A program made the position numbers and the translations under genes. A DNA stretch of 64,000 nucleotides from Paenibacillaceae bacterium (GTDB lineage: Bacteria; Bacillota; Bacilli; Paenibacillales; CANHGK01): assembly GCA_947460235.1 (NCBI GenBank), contig CANHGK010000013.1, positions 8,509-72,508 on the forward strand, given 5' to 3'. Of the stretch, positions 1 through 10,971 are shown one piece after another. The notes below the pieces were generated by a model. It saw only the letters and a program-made list of their open reading frames with translations. It was not told the origin of the DNA and did no database searches. Position 1 is the first letter of the stretch; each line of letters begins with the position of its first letter.

Positions 1-584
<584 letters not shown>

Positions 585-631
585 AAGAGTGGTAAACATA
601 AAAAAAAGCCCATTTCCGCAAAAATAGGAAA

Positions 632-1171
632 TCATTTTCCTGGCGGTTTGGGCGGTTGATTCGGATGTGGATGTTGCGTTACATTTTGTTGGGATTGTTG
701 CTGCATTTGTTTCGCTTGGAACATTTGAAAGCTTTGCCATAATCGTTGACTAATCGGAAAATTGATATGATTAAATTGCGGATTGCGACGCAGTAAAATA
801 CTTAATTCATTCACGAGTTGGAAAACATTCGAGAATTGTTCGCGATCTTCCGATTCGAAAATAAACCCATAATCATATAAATCATCGCTAATTTTAATCA
901 TCCGTAATACGTGTCCCGATATTTTGTTCACGGTATTTATTAAGTTGAATTCAACCTCATAAACATATAATGATGTGACTGGAAATTTTACATCGGATAA
1001 AAACCGCATGCCACCAGCACTCAAGTCCAACAAAAGTACAGGAAGTTTTGAACCGACCACATTCACAGAAATTTCAACCGGTTGAAGCATTTTGACGCGA
1101 AAATGTTGCCGGCGGTTATCATCACGCGGCGTTCCACCGGATGACGGAAGTTTTCCTGGTGGCATTCCCAT
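632..1171 (-). CDS. PilZ domain protein (c-di-GMP receptor) with Gln/Pro-rich tail
   Basis: RRQHFR (RxxxR) and DLSAGG (DxSxxG) motifs; GGAGG RBS. Confidence 0.85.
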   Translation of the reverse strand: MGMPPGKLPSSGGTPRDDNRRQHFRVKMLQPVEISVNVVGSKLPVLLLDLSAGGMRFLSDVKFPVTSLYVYEVEFNLINTVNKISGHVLRMIKISDDLYDYGFIFESEDREQFSNVFQLVNELSILLRRNPQFNHINFPISQRLWQSFQMFQAKQMQQQSQQNVTQHPHPNQPPKPPGK

Positions 1172-1189
1172 AACGATGCCTCCTTTTCG

Positions 1190-1783
1190 CTATAACGATC
1201 TTATGTATTCAGAAACAATAAAAGCGCGAAGCGTGCGAATGTCCTCATTACTGACTGCAAAAAACTCTGCAAGGTACCTCATCCCGTATTCCATTGGAAA
1301 TTGACGTCTTATAATAAACGTAGGTAAGATCCTTTGTTCCCCGCAAAATAAAACGGATTGGTATTGGTGATTCATAATTAACAAGCCATTATTCACTTCA
1401 ATCGAGGATTGCGGCAAGTAAAAAAACACTCCATGTCGACTCACATCTAGTGTGTTGATCACAACTTTTGGAATTTGAGGTAAGTGATGCAGAACTGCTA
1501 CCGTCTCAAATCGAAACCGTTGATATAACTTATTTGGATCGAGCGGAATTTTTTGCTCACCAAGTAAAAATATATCTGAGTTCGAAGGAAACGTACAAAT
1601 CAAATTATCTTTCATCTCCAAAATACGCAATTCCGATTTGGAATTGCGATTAAAAATGATCAAATAATCTCCGACTTCATATGGATCCGGATCATCAACT
1701 TCGATTTCCATATAATCAGTCTTTACGTAGGTTACACGCCCTTCGCACATTTTATCTCCGTATAGAACTTGTACCGTATGCAT
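1190..1783 (-). CDS. PilZ-like domain protein (degenerate)
   Basis: DVSRHG (DxSxxG) after a YQRFR segment; PilZ-like C-terminus; RBS GGAAGGTGG; co-oriented with the neighbouring PilZ gene. Confidence 0.6.
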   Translation of the reverse strand: MHTVQVLYGDKMCEGRVTYVKTDYMEIEVDDPDPYEVGDYLIIFNRNSKSELRILEMKDNLICTFPSNSDIFLLGEQKIPLDPNKLYQRFRFETVAVLHHLPQIPKVVINTLDVSRHGVFFYLPQSSIEVNNGLLIMNHQYQSVLFCGEQRILPTFIIRRQFPMEYGMRYLAEFFAVSNEDIRTLRAFIVSEYIRSL

Positions 1784-1985
1784 TTGAGCACCACCTTCCG
1801 ACCAATGGATGTCGTTAAAACGGGAAGCGTGTATCTTTAGTATATCGATATTTCATAAAAATTGTGAATATAATTTTTCGAATTGGCAATAAAACTTTCA
1901 TTCGATTACAATAATATACGAATATTGCCTTCGAACGCATGAACTCCACTCCCAATGGAATCATACAATCGGAGGAGATTACGCG

Positions 1986-2633
1986 ATGAATGAATCAAAA
2001 GAAACGTTACAGTCCTATGAACAACTACCAGAAGAAAACCTCTTAAGTAAAATTCCTTTTATCGATCCTACATCTCATGTTGTTGCATCAAATCTTGGTG
2101 AATGGGTCAAAATCGGTCCAAATAGCTCGATCGTAGAATCTGACATTGGCGACTATACTTATAATGCCGGTGACAATCAAATTATTTATGCAACAATCGG
2201 CAACTATTGCTCGATTGCGTCACATGTCCGTATCAATCCAGGCAATCATCCAACATGGCGTGTCACGCAACATCATATGACCTATCGCAAGCAAATGTAT
2301 CAATTGGGTACTGATGATGCTGATTTTTTCAACTGGATACGAACACATCGTGTCATTATTGGTCACGATGTATGGATTGGACATGGTGTTGTGATTATGC
2401 CAGGAATCACGATCGGAACGGGCGCAGTCATCGGTTCCGGTGCTGTCGTTACGAAATCAGTACAACCTTATGAAGTCGTTGTCGGTATCCCCGCAAAACC
2501 AATTAAGAAACGGTTTTCCAACGATGTCATCGCTAAATTATTGGCGAGTGAATGGTGGAAATGGCCAAGAGAAGAATTAGAAGCTCGTTTTGAAGAACTT
2601 AATAATTTAGAACTCTTTTTGAGCAAACATTAA
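1986..2633 (+). CDS. Hexapeptide-repeat acetyltransferase (CatB/Vat-like; phosphonate-metabolism-associated subfamily-like)
   Basis: IGNYCSIA, NPGNHPTWR, IGHDVWIGHG, IGTGAVIGSGAVVTK, PAKPIKKRF, WWKW motifs. Confidence 0.8.
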   Translation: MNESKETLQSYEQLPEENLLSKIPFIDPTSHVVASNLGEWVKIGPNSSIVESDIGDYTYNAGDNQIIYATIGNYCSIASHVRINPGNHPTWRVTQHHMTYRKQMYQLGTDDADFFNWIRTHRVIIGHDVWIGHGVVIMPGITIGTGAVIGSGAVVTKSVQPYEVVVGIPAKPIKKRFSNDVIAKLLASEWWKWPREELEARFEELNNLELFLSKH

Positions 2634-2659
2634 TCTACAAATGAAAGTAGGAACGTTCG

Positions 2660-3829
2660 ATGTTCGAAATGTCACAACGGTTAAAAGAATTGCCAGAGCA
2701 ATTTTTTGCAAATTTGGTGAAACAGGTATCGGTAGCCATCAATGCTGGCCATGATGTCATAAATTTAGGTCAAGGCAGTCCAGACTTGCCAACTCCCCCG
2801 CACATTGTTGAAGCGATGCAACATGCGGTTACAAAGCCTATTCACCACCGTTATGCACCATTTCGCGGACATACGTCCCTAAAAGAAGCAATCGCGAAAC
2901 GATATTTCGAAGATTATGGTGTCATACTCGATCCTGAAAAGGAAGTAGCCTTGTTATTTGGAGGCAAAACCGGATTAATCGAAATAAGTCAATGTTTACT
3001 AGATCCAGGAGACGTATGTCTCGTCCCCGATCCAGGATATCCAGACTATTGGTCAGGTGTCGTAATGGCAGGCGCAAAAATGGAAATGATGCCTCTTCGC
3101 GAATCAAACGATTATTTGCCGGATTACACTGCAATATCTCCTACAGCTGTCGACAAAGCAAAATTAATGTTCGTCAATTATCCGAACAACCCAACTGGTG
3201 CGATTGCAACCAATGAATTTTATGAAGAAACCGTTGCATTCGCAGCGAAGCATGGCATCGCCGTTTGTAGTGATTTCGCGTATGGAGCAATTGGATTCGA
3301 TGGCAAACGTCCAATTTCTTTCCTTGCAACACCAGGCGCAAAAGAAGTTGGAATCGAATGTTATACGATGTCTAAAACCTATAATATGGCTGGATGGCGC
3401 GTCGGTTTTGCCGTAGGTAATGCCAAGTTAATCGAAATGATCGATTTGATTCAAGATCATTATTACTGCAGTTTGTTTGGTGCAATTCAAGAAGCAGCAA
3501 CGGTTGCGTTAACGTATGACCAATCATGCGTACGCAATTTGAATTCGATCTATGAAAAAAGACGCCAGGTATTATCTGATGCATTAAACGAAATCGGTTG
3601 GCATGCGAAACCACCTGCAGGTTCATTTTTTGCTTGGTTACCGACTCCTAAAGGCATGACCTCAACTTATTTTACTGAATATGTTCTTCGCGAAGCCAAT
3701 GTCATGTTCGCACCAGGGATCGGTTTTGGTTCGTATGGCGAAGGATTCGTCCGCTGTGCCCTATTAGCCGAAGAACATCGAATTCGAGAAGCGATTGCAA
3801 GAATTGGTAAATTGAATTTATTCTCATAA
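2660..3829 (+). CDS. mtnE: PLP-dependent aminotransferase MtnE (methionine salvage)
   Basis: LKELPEQFFA, INLGQG, DPGYPDYWSG, NYPNNPTG, DFAYGA, SKTYNMAGWRVG; closely resembles B. subtilis MtnE as recalled. Confidence 0.85.
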   Translation: MFEMSQRLKELPEQFFANLVKQVSVAINAGHDVINLGQGSPDLPTPPHIVEAMQHAVTKPIHHRYAPFRGHTSLKEAIAKRYFEDYGVILDPEKEVALLFGGKTGLIEISQCLLDPGDVCLVPDPGYPDYWSGVVMAGAKMEMMPLRESNDYLPDYTAISPTAVDKAKLMFVNYPNNPTGAIATNEFYEETVAFAAKHGIAVCSDFAYGAIGFDGKRPISFLATPGAKEVGIECYTMSKTYNMAGWRVGFAVGNAKLIEMIDLIQDHYYCSLFGAIQEAATVALTYDQSCVRNLNSIYEKRRQVLSDALNEIGWHAKPPAGSFFAWLPTPKGMTSTYFTEYVLREANVMFAPGIGFGSYGEGFVRCALLAEEHRIREAIARIGKLNLFS

Positions 3830-3874
3830 TACAAATTCAGCCCAAAATCTTGGATGCAAATGGCGTCCTTTGAT

Positions 3875-4234
3875 TTACGGGCTGTTTTTTTCATCATTTG
3901 ATTGTGCTGCATGTTCGTCAACATTTTTTTGATTTTGATCAGTTGTCGATTGCAAATTTGATATAACACTTGGTGAACTTGCAGGGACTTGTACCGTTTT
4001 CATCATCGTCTTTGCGGTATATTGAAGACGTTCCCAATTCATTGAGACAAAATTACTCATCTTCTCATTTGATTTCCATTGAAGTACGGTAGAAACAATA
4101 GTTTGAGTCGTTTGTTTCAATGGTGCTAACCAATCCGTACCCGCTTGAGGTAAAAGCCACATCCGAACAATCACGATTAATAAGAGCATTATTTGCGCTC
4201 CGCGCCACATCCATCGTACATTTTGCCAGACCAT
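3875..4234 (-). CDS. Hypothetical protein with N-terminal membrane anchor
   Basis: 119-aa ORF, GAGGAGG RBS, hydrophobic N-terminus, sigA-like TTGACT-N18-TATAAA upstream. Confidence 0.6.
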   Translation of the reverse strand: MVWQNVRWMWRGAQIMLLLIVIVRMWLLPQAGTDWLAPLKQTTQTIVSTVLQWKSNEKMSNFVSMNWERLQYTAKTMMKTVQVPASSPSVISNLQSTTDQNQKNVDEHAAQSNDEKNSP

Positions 4235-4379
4235 TGACTTCCCTCCTCAATTGTAAGCGTTTACTTCTCTCTACTTTTATACAATGCATTTGCATTTACA
4301 GTCAATAGAGAATTTTCTGTTAACTTAGCACAAACAAAACAAAAAATAACCGGCAGCAACATTTTCATGTGCATTACGG

Positions 4380-5144
4380 TTATCGATGATCAATATAGTT
4401 TATTAAGTTATTATTATCCCAGTACGTTTTTTTGTTTACCGTATATGCTACTGCATATTCAACATTTTTGGCATTTGTGTCGACTGGAAGTTTGAATGTC
4501 CAACGTTCCACATTATCCGAATTATTCGCATCACCAAGCGTCTCTGTAAATTTAGCGAATGCGACTTTTTTCGTGATCCAACGATCTGTTGTGTACGTAA
4601 TTTTAACGGTTTTAGGATATCCAAGATTACGAACTATCACAGTGCCATTTACTGCATTTTCCGTCCAATCAAATGTTGAAGCTTCGACTGCGACATTGCG
4701 ATTACCGAGTACAACATTGTTCATGTCTGCATCCAACGTGTAATCTGCGTAGTTGTTATTATCCCAAAATGTTTTACCTGCCGTTTTGAAACGAATCGCG
4801 AACGTTAATCCTTTTTCACCAACATTTACTTTGTTGATATTCGTTTTGAAGGTCCACAATTCATGTCCGTTTTCGAGTGGCATTTTGTAGTTTGCTTCAA
4901 TCAAACCACCTGCAGCATCACCATTCCAAGTAATTGCAACTTGTTTTTTGAATGCGATGTTTATAATTTCGACTTGCCCAGATAATGTGTAATAATAATG
5001 ATTGTCGATCAACTGAGCTTTAATCAATTTTACGGGTGACGATGCAACGACTTCTTCTTGCGTTGGTTCTGCTGCAAACACAACTGGTTGAACCATTGTG
5101 AATACAAGCATAGCAACTAACATTGCTTTGAACATTGTTTTCAT
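4380..5144 (-). CDS. Secreted protein with two tandem CBM21 (starch/glycogen-binding) domains
   Basis: Signal peptide MKTMFK...VFA; two repeats of G.V.(V/I).N(I/L).(F/Y).K.V.I....E.W.F....(F/Y)A(I/V)......(F/Y)WDNNN..(D/N)Y; start moved to ATG 5144 after AAAGGAG. Confidence 0.8.
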   Translation of the reverse strand: MKTMFKAMLVAMLVFTMVQPVVFAAEPTQEEVVASSPVKLIKAQLIDNHYYYTLSGQVEIINIAFKKQVAITWNGDAAGGLIEANYKMPLENGHELWTFKTNINKVNVGEKGLTFAIRFKTAGKTFWDNNNYADYTLDADMNNVVLGNRNVAVEASTFDWTENAVNGTVIVRNLGYPKTVKITYTTDRWITKKVAFAKFTETLGDANNSDNVERWTFKLPVDTNAKNVEYAVAYTVNKKTYWDNNNLINYIDHR

Positions 5145-5224
5145 CTTTCTCTCTCCTTTTAATTGTAACATGTTTTTTCTTTCTGAAAAAATCATACTAC
5201 ATTTTCATTAAATATGAAAGATTA

Positions 5225-5238
5225 TGAAAATGTTTTCA
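5225..5238. promoter_or_regulatory. cre-like site upstream of the CBM21 gene
   Basis: TGAAAATGTTTTCA near-palindrome. Confidence 0.45.
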
Positions 5239-5377
5239 ATGATGTTTCCGTTTTCATTGTGTCTTTCATGTGACGTGTATAATGAGTACATTTTATATGC
5301 GAATAAATTGCCTAACCTCGTGCAGATTTGGTATTTTAAATAGATAAATCTTTTCATTTCATTGGAGGTGCTTGACC

Positions 5378-6487
5378 ATGGGCAACCGGATCGTGGTAAA
5401 AATCGGGAGCAGTTCGTTAACTTCAGCGAACGGCGGCCTACATCGCGAACGGATTGCGTTTTACACAGCAGAAATCGCCGCTGTGAAACAACGTGGTTAT
5501 GAAGTCGTATTGGTAACATCAGGAGCTGTTGCCGCAGGATTTAGCGTTCTCGGGTATCCGCAACGACCGAAAGAAGTTCATGATAAACAAGCAAGCGCTG
5601 CTGTTGGCCAAGCGCTGTTAATGCAAGCGTATCAAGAGGCACTAGCCACGCATCAACTTATCGGTGGTCAACTCTTATTGACGCGCGGAGATTTTGCCTC
5701 GAGAAGACGAACTCATTATGCATCGATGACCCTTGAGACATTATTAAATCGAGGTGCGATCCCCATTATTAATGAAAATGACTGTGTTTCGATCGATGAA
5801 TTGAAATTCGGAGATAATGATTTGTTATCCGCGCTGGTTAGCCAATTGGTAAATGCAGATCGACTTTTTATTTTGACCGATACCGATGGATTATATACGG
5901 CAGATCCGCGCAAAGATCCCACCGCAACACGTATCGAGAAAGTCGAACGCATTGATGATGACTTTCTTGCAATGGCTGGGGGAACAGGAAGTTCGGTTGG
6001 CACTGGTGGAATGAGATCCAAATTACTCGCTGCACAAACTGCAACGCGATGTGGAACGGATGTTTTTGTTGGTCGAGTTACCGAACGCGGAGAATTGATC
6101 GATGCGGTCGACGGAAAAGGAAAAGGTACGATTTTCGCGAAAGAACCGGTTACTGCATCACGTAAAAAACAATGGGTCGGATTTTTATCAACGCCTCGAG
6201 GTAAAATCGTTATCGATACTGGTGCGGCTGAAGCACTTTTGAATAAAGGAAGAAGTTTATTGCCTGCCGGCGTCAAATCCGCAGAAGGCGTATTTCGTCA
6301 AGGTGATGTCCTAGAAGTTTATACGGAGGATGGGATATCCATCGGCCGAGGTATTTGCAATTATACATCTGAAAGCATTCGTAGCGTTTATGGTTTATCC
6401 AGTGATGCTGTACGCACACAATTCCCAGAACAACATCGCGTCGAAGTCATCCACCGCGACGAGTGGATGCCGATGGAAGGAGTCTAA
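5378..6487 (+). CDS. proB: Glutamate 5-kinase with PUA domain
   Basis: VVKIGSSSLT, SGAVAAG, INEND, FGDND, GTGGMRSK, C-terminal PUA (GRSLLPAGV, EVIHRD). Confidence 0.97.
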   Translation: MGNRIVVKIGSSSLTSANGGLHRERIAFYTAEIAAVKQRGYEVVLVTSGAVAAGFSVLGYPQRPKEVHDKQASAAVGQALLMQAYQEALATHQLIGGQLLLTRGDFASRRRTHYASMTLETLLNRGAIPIINENDCVSIDELKFGDNDLLSALVSQLVNADRLFILTDTDGLYTADPRKDPTATRIEKVERIDDDFLAMAGGTGSSVGTGGMRSKLLAAQTATRCGTDVFVGRVTERGELIDAVDGKGKGTIFAKEPVTASRKKQWVGFLSTPRGKIVIDTGAAEALLNKGRSLLPAGVKSAEGVFRQGDVLEVYTEDGISIGRGICNYTSESIRSVYGLSSDAVRTQFPEQHRVEVIHRDEWMPMEGV

Positions 6488-6490
6488 ACA

Positions 6491-7738
6491 ATGAGAACGG
6501 TTCGTGAACAAGCCCTTGCCGCAAAACAAGCAAAAGCGAAACTACAACAGGCAACAACTATGCAAAAAAATGAATTGTTGCTTGAGATGGCGGATCGTTT
6601 AATTGCCGCTGAGGCTTATTTAATGGAAGCAAACGAAAAAGATTTGGACAATGGACGCACAAATGGCATGAGCACTTCCCTACTCGATCGATTGTCATTA
6701 AACAAAACTCGCATTGAGGCGATGGCTGAAGGCTTGCGGCAAATTGCCGATTTACCAGACCCTATTGGTACCGTGTTAAGTGAGATTGAACGTCCCAATG
6801 GACTTCGCATCGAACAATTGCGCGTACCAATCGGTGTGATCGGAATGATTTATGAAGCACGGCCTAATGTAACCGTTGACGCTGCAGGGCTATCCCTCAA
6901 AACAGGAAATGCGGTTGTTTTGCGCGGCGGTACTGCGGCATTGAATACAAATGTTGCGCTTGTAGGGGTGTTACACGGTGCGCTCAAAGCGTGTAACTTA
7001 CCAACAGATGCACTTCAATATGTTGAAGATCCCGACCGTAAATCAGTCGATGAATTATTAACCGCGAACGGATTAGTTGATGTTGTGATTCCACGCGGCG
7101 GACGTTCATTAATTCAACATGTCGTCAAACACGCTACCGTTCCAGCGATTGAAACTGGCGAAGGAATTTGTCATACATTTCTTGACGAAACTGCTGATCC
7201 AGCAATGGCACGCAACATCGTCCTTAATGCTAAAGTACAGCGTCCCTCCGTTTGTAACTCACTAGAAACGCTATTGATCCACCGTGATTTTGCGACACGT
7301 GAATGGCCAGAACTTGCAAAATATTTACAAGAAGCAGGCGTTGAATTGCGCGGAGATGCTCGCGCAGCATCAATTGCACATGGTGTTACTCCTGCAGTAG
7401 ATGAGGATTGGTCAACGGAATATTTGGATTTGATTTTGAGCGTAGCGATCGTTGATTCCCTTGACGAGGCGATGGAACATATCCGCAACTATGGTACGTT
7501 GCATTCGGAATGTATCGTAACTGAAAATGACGAACATGCAATTCGCTTCTTAAACGAAGTGGATGCTGCAGCTGTGTACCATAATGCTTCTACCCGATTT
7601 ACTGATGGCTTTGAATTTGGGTTTGGCGCAGAAATCGGTATCAGCACTCAGAAATTACATGCACGCGGTCCAATGGGCTTGCCCGCATTAACTACGGTTC
7701 AATATCGTATTCACGGAAATGGTCAGGTGCGCAAATGA
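6491..7738 (+). CDS. proA: Gamma-glutamyl phosphate reductase
   Basis: IYEARPNV, IPRGG, PSVCNSLETLL, NASTRFTDGFEFGFGAEIGISTQKLHARGPMG. Confidence 0.98.
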   Translation: MRTVREQALAAKQAKAKLQQATTMQKNELLLEMADRLIAAEAYLMEANEKDLDNGRTNGMSTSLLDRLSLNKTRIEAMAEGLRQIADLPDPIGTVLSEIERPNGLRIEQLRVPIGVIGMIYEARPNVTVDAAGLSLKTGNAVVLRGGTAALNTNVALVGVLHGALKACNLPTDALQYVEDPDRKSVDELLTANGLVDVVIPRGGRSLIQHVVKHATVPAIETGEGICHTFLDETADPAMARNIVLNAKVQRPSVCNSLETLLIHRDFATREWPELAKYLQEAGVELRGDARAASIAHGVTPAVDEDWSTEYLDLILSVAIVDSLDEAMEHIRNYGTLHSECIVTENDEHAIRFLNEVDAAAVYHNASTRFTDGFEFGFGAEIGISTQKLHARGPMGLPALTTVQYRIHGNGQVRK

Positions 7739-8634
7739 GTTTAGATAGCGGATTAACACATAAGAAAATTTGTTTTGTCGGTGCAGGTTCGATGGCGGAA
7801 GCGATCATGAAAGGTTTGATCGAGAAACGCGTAGCACTACCCGCAGATATTTCAGTCATTAATCGCCAGGACCAGGAACGGTTACAATTTTTACAGGAAT
7901 TTTACGGTGTACAAGTGCGAACTGATGAATCTTCCGTTGCCAGCTTTTTGGGGGAGGCTGATTTGGTCGTTTTAGCGATGAAACCGAAAGATGCGGCCGT
8001 AGCAATTTCTTCGATCCGACATCACTTAACCCATCACCCGCTGATCGTGAGCGTTCTTGCCGGAGTTTCTATTCAATCAATTCAGCAACTCGTTCAAGGA
8101 GACCATACGACATCTACACGTATTCCGGTCGTTCGCACAATGCCTAATACATCAAGTACCATCGGACTTGGAATGACAGGCGTTGCCTATTCCACTGAAG
8201 TAACTGAAGATCAAAAAGATCTCGCCTTTGATTTATTTGAAGCGGTCGGTGAAGTCGCACTCGTGGAAGAAGATCAATTGCATATCGTAACTGGAATGTC
8301 TGGAAGCGGACCGGCGTATATCTATTTAATGATGGAATCGATGATTTCCGCTGGAATCGCCAATGGATTATCAGAAGAAATGGCAATACAATTAACAACA
8401 CAAACCGTTCTAGGCGCTGCTAATATGGTCAAGACAACTGCTGAACAACCCGATGTTTTGCGAAAAAAAGTAACGTCCCCTAACGGTACTACCCAAGCAG
8501 CCATTGAAACGATGCAAGGTCTTGGCTATGAAGAAATGATTTTGAAAGCGATCACCCGTGCAACTGAGCGTTCTCGTGAACTTGGTACTATGATTGAAAA
8601 TCAATTGAGCGTTACAAGTGGCGAAAGTAACTAA
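7735..8634 (+). CDS. proC: Pyrroline-5-carboxylate reductase
   Basis: GAGSMA, AMKP, RTMPNT, SGSGPAY, VTSPNGTT. Confidence 0.96.
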   Translation: MSLDSGLTHKKICFVGAGSMAEAIMKGLIEKRVALPADISVINRQDQERLQFLQEFYGVQVRTDESSVASFLGEADLVVLAMKPKDAAVAISSIRHHLTHHPLIVSVLAGVSIQSIQQLVQGDHTTSTRIPVVRTMPNTSSTIGLGMTGVAYSTEVTEDQKDLAFDLFEAVGEVALVEEDQLHIVTGMSGSGPAYIYLMMESMISAGIANGLSEEMAIQLTTQTVLGAANMVKTTAEQPDVLRKKVTSPNGTTQAAIETMQGLGYEEMILKAITRATERSRELGTMIENQLSVTSGESN

Positions 8635-8678
8635 AGGATTGTAACGTTCCGCGATCGAGATGCCAAATCCAATTTAAA

Positions 8679-8733
8679 ACAAAAAAAGGTTAACTTTGCT
8701 GCCGAAGCAGTTCAGTTAACCTTTTTTTGTTGT
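8679..8733. terminator. Bidirectional intrinsic terminator between proC and dnaD
   Basis: aaaaaaaggttaact...agttaaccttttttt inverted repeat with A/T tracts on both sides. Confidence 0.85.
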
Positions 8734-8749
8734 TCCATGATCGGTCATT

Positions 8750-9625
8750 CTATTCTTTGTTGTTTTGTTGAAATCGTTTAACGTCTTCTTTCGTACGCAA
8801 ATTATTCGTACGCCAATCCAGTAAAATTTTATCGATATAACGGAAATTAAGTTTGTTATTAAACACGGCTTCGCGAAGTGCCATCATTACCAATGTTTCG
8901 CCTACTTTATCTTTATCTAACCATTGACTAATTGTTTCGCGTTCCATCGGTGTAATTGGTCGAGCAAATTCTTCTTCGAACACACTGAAAATATCAGGCA
9001 TCCCTGCTGGTTTCGTAACTCCGGAATGATTAATTCCCCCAAGTGAAGGTCCCAAACGAGGTGGCGGAAGTACAATCGGCGCACCAGCGGGTCTGTTTGG
9101 CGGAGTTTTGGATTGTGGCATTTGATTCGTTCTACCGGGAGTTACATTAACTTGTGGTATAGGAACTATTTTCTCCGCTGAGGTAGAAAACCCAGATGCA
9201 GCCACCTTGGGAACAGGGTTGTCTGCAGCATTTTGTTTGAACTGTTGCATCATATTGTCCGCAGCCCAAGCCTGACCGATCCGATTCCATAAAGGCCCTA
9301 AATCATAACGATCCGTGTGCATCCCACTTTGACCGTCGACACCGCTCTCCAACTTGATCCAGCCATTTTTCATTAATTTATGCAAGGTGGACGCAAGTAC
9401 ATCCGGCTTCAACGCAGTCCTCGCTTGCAATTGCTCCATACTTGGCAAGTCCGTGCGGTCGATTTGTTGAAATGCAATCAACTGCAATAACAACACCAAT
9501 TCAGTGTCGTTTAAGGATAATTTGGTATACCATTTTAACAGTGGAAATGGAACACTTACAATACCCGACGTCAGAGCGGATGCAAATCCGGTCGCTGTCT
9601 GATCTTCAATTTGATCATCAAACAT
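8750..9625 (-). CDS. dnaD: Primosomal protein DnaD
   Basis: N-terminal wHTH (LLKWYTKLSL, YDLGPLW); C-terminal FEEEFARPITPME...ALREAV...YIDKILLDW; downstream of asnS as in Bacilli. Confidence 0.9.
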   Translation of the reverse strand: MFDDQIEDQTATGFASALTSGIVSVPFPLLKWYTKLSLNDTELVLLLQLIAFQQIDRTDLPSMEQLQARTALKPDVLASTLHKLMKNGWIKLESGVDGQSGMHTDRYDLGPLWNRIGQAWAADNMMQQFKQNAADNPVPKVAASGFSTSAEKIVPIPQVNVTPGRTNQMPQSKTPPNRPAGAPIVLPPPRLGPSLGGINHSGVTKPAGMPDIFSVFEEEFARPITPMERETISQWLDKDKVGETLVMMALREAVFNNKLNFRYIDKILLDWRTNNLRTKEDVKRFQQNNKE

Positions 9626-9669
9626 GAACTCCCTCACCTCTTTGCGTTCACAATATCAATGCCAATTCA

Positions 9670-10971
9670 TTACGGATAGAAACGATATAACATGCGTGGA
9701 AACGCAATCGTTTCACGCACGTGATCTAACCCACAAATCCATGCAACCAAACGTTCGAGGCCAAGTCCAAATCCACCATGCGGAACGGTACCATACTTAC
9801 GCAAATCCAAGTACCATGCATAATCTGCAACCGGCATTCCATGTTCTTCGAATCTTGCTGCCAACAATTCTGGGTCATCAATCCGCTGTGATCCGCCGAT
9901 AATTTCGCCGTATCCTTCTGGCGCAAGTAAATCCGCACATTCAACAACTTCTGGCCGATCCGGCTTTGGTTTCATATAAAAAGCTTTAATCCCCGCGGGA
10001 TAATGTGTAATAAATACCGGACTGGAATGATGATCGGCAATCGCCGTTTCATGCGGTGAACCAAAATCATCACCCCATGAGATTTCATGTCCTTGCGATT
10101 GCAACCAAGCGATAGCATCATCGTACGTAATTCTTGGGAACGGCTGTAACACCGCCTCTAACTTCGTGCGATCCCGTTCCAATTTGGATAGCTCATCCGT
10201 GCAATTCTCTAAAATTGTGCGCACTGCATGTTGTACAAGTCGTTCTTGTAGCAACAAATTATCGTCCAAATCAATAAATGCCATCTCTGGTTCTAACATC
10301 CAAAATTCTAACAAATGTCTGCGTGTTTTGGATTTTTCGGCACGAAACGTTGGACCAAATGAATATACGCGTCCAAGCGCCATCGCCGCCGCTTCCATAT
10401 ATAACTGACCGCTTTGCGTCAAATACGCGTCCTGATCAAAATAATTCGTATGAAACAAATCTGACGTTCCTTCGCATGCCGACGGAGTCAAAATTGGCGG
10501 ATCCACACGAGTAAAACCATCTGAATTCAGAAACGATTGAATTGACTCCATCAAAACAGCGCGAATGCGCATAATCGCCGTTTGACGTGGCGTGCGTAAC
10601 CATAAATGGCGATGGTCCATCAGAAAATCCGTACCATGTTCCTTCGGTGTGATCGGATATCCTTGAGCAACCTGAATGACCTCAATCTCGATTACATCAA
10701 GCTCGTAGCCACTAGGACTTCTCGGTTCCGCACGAACGGAGCCAATGCACCACAGTGAACTTTCCTGAGTAAGCGACGAAGCCTTTTCCCATACTAATGC
10801 GGACACTTGTGCCTTCGATAGTACCGCCTGTATGCGGCCACTACCATCACGAAGTTGTAAAAATATAATTTTACCACTGGAGCGTTTATGTGCCATCCAT
10901 GCACCAAGACGCACCGTTTGGCCATCCCGCGCAGCAATTTGTGAGATCATTACCGTTTGTTCGTCTCTCAT
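9670..10971 (-). CDS. asnS: Asparagine--tRNA ligase
   Basis: [59 protein letters not shown]. Confidence 0.98.
   Translation of the reverse strand: MRDEQTVMISQIAARDGQTVRLGAWMAHKRSSGKIIFLQLRDGSGRIQAVLSKAQVSALVWEKASSLTQESSLWCIGSVRAEPRSPSGYELDVIEIEVIQVAQGYPITPKEHGTDFLMDHRHLWLRTPRQTAIMRIRAVLMESIQSFLNSDGFTRVDPPILTPSACEGTSDLFHTNYFDQDAYLTQSGQLYMEAAAMALGRVYSFGPTFRAEKSKTRRHLLEFWMLEPEMAFIDLDDNLLLQERLVQHAVRTILENCTDELSKLERDRTKLEAVLQPFPRITYDDAIAWLQSQGHEISWGDDFGSPHETAIADHHSSPVFITHYPAGIKAFYMKPKPDRPEVVECADLLAPEGYGEIIGGSQRIDDPELLAARFEEHGMPVADYAWYLDLRKYGTVPHGGFGLGLERLVAWICGLDHVRETIAFPRMLYRFYP

Noticed and set aside
1840-1880. SigD promoter for the PilZ pair
   Set aside because: An ATCGATAT -10-like word is present, but there is no properly spaced TAAA -35
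1986-2633. Calling this an antibiotic-resistance gene (catB/vat)
   Set aside because: The fold is shared by many acetyltransferases, the motifs fit the phosphonate-associated subfamily at least as well, and there is no mobile context
5196-5377. Possible T-box upstream of proBA
   Set aside because: No T-box consensus or terminator is recognisable; the region is AT-rich divergent promoter DNA
5716-6276. Long antisense ORFs (this one and similar ones opposite proA, carB, pyrC and the ABC genes)
   Set aside because: Shadow frames of well-supported genes, with no RBS or motifs
9000-9260. Pro-rich insert in DnaD as an intein or extra domain
   Set aside because: Low-complexity linker between the two DnaD domains; no intein motifs
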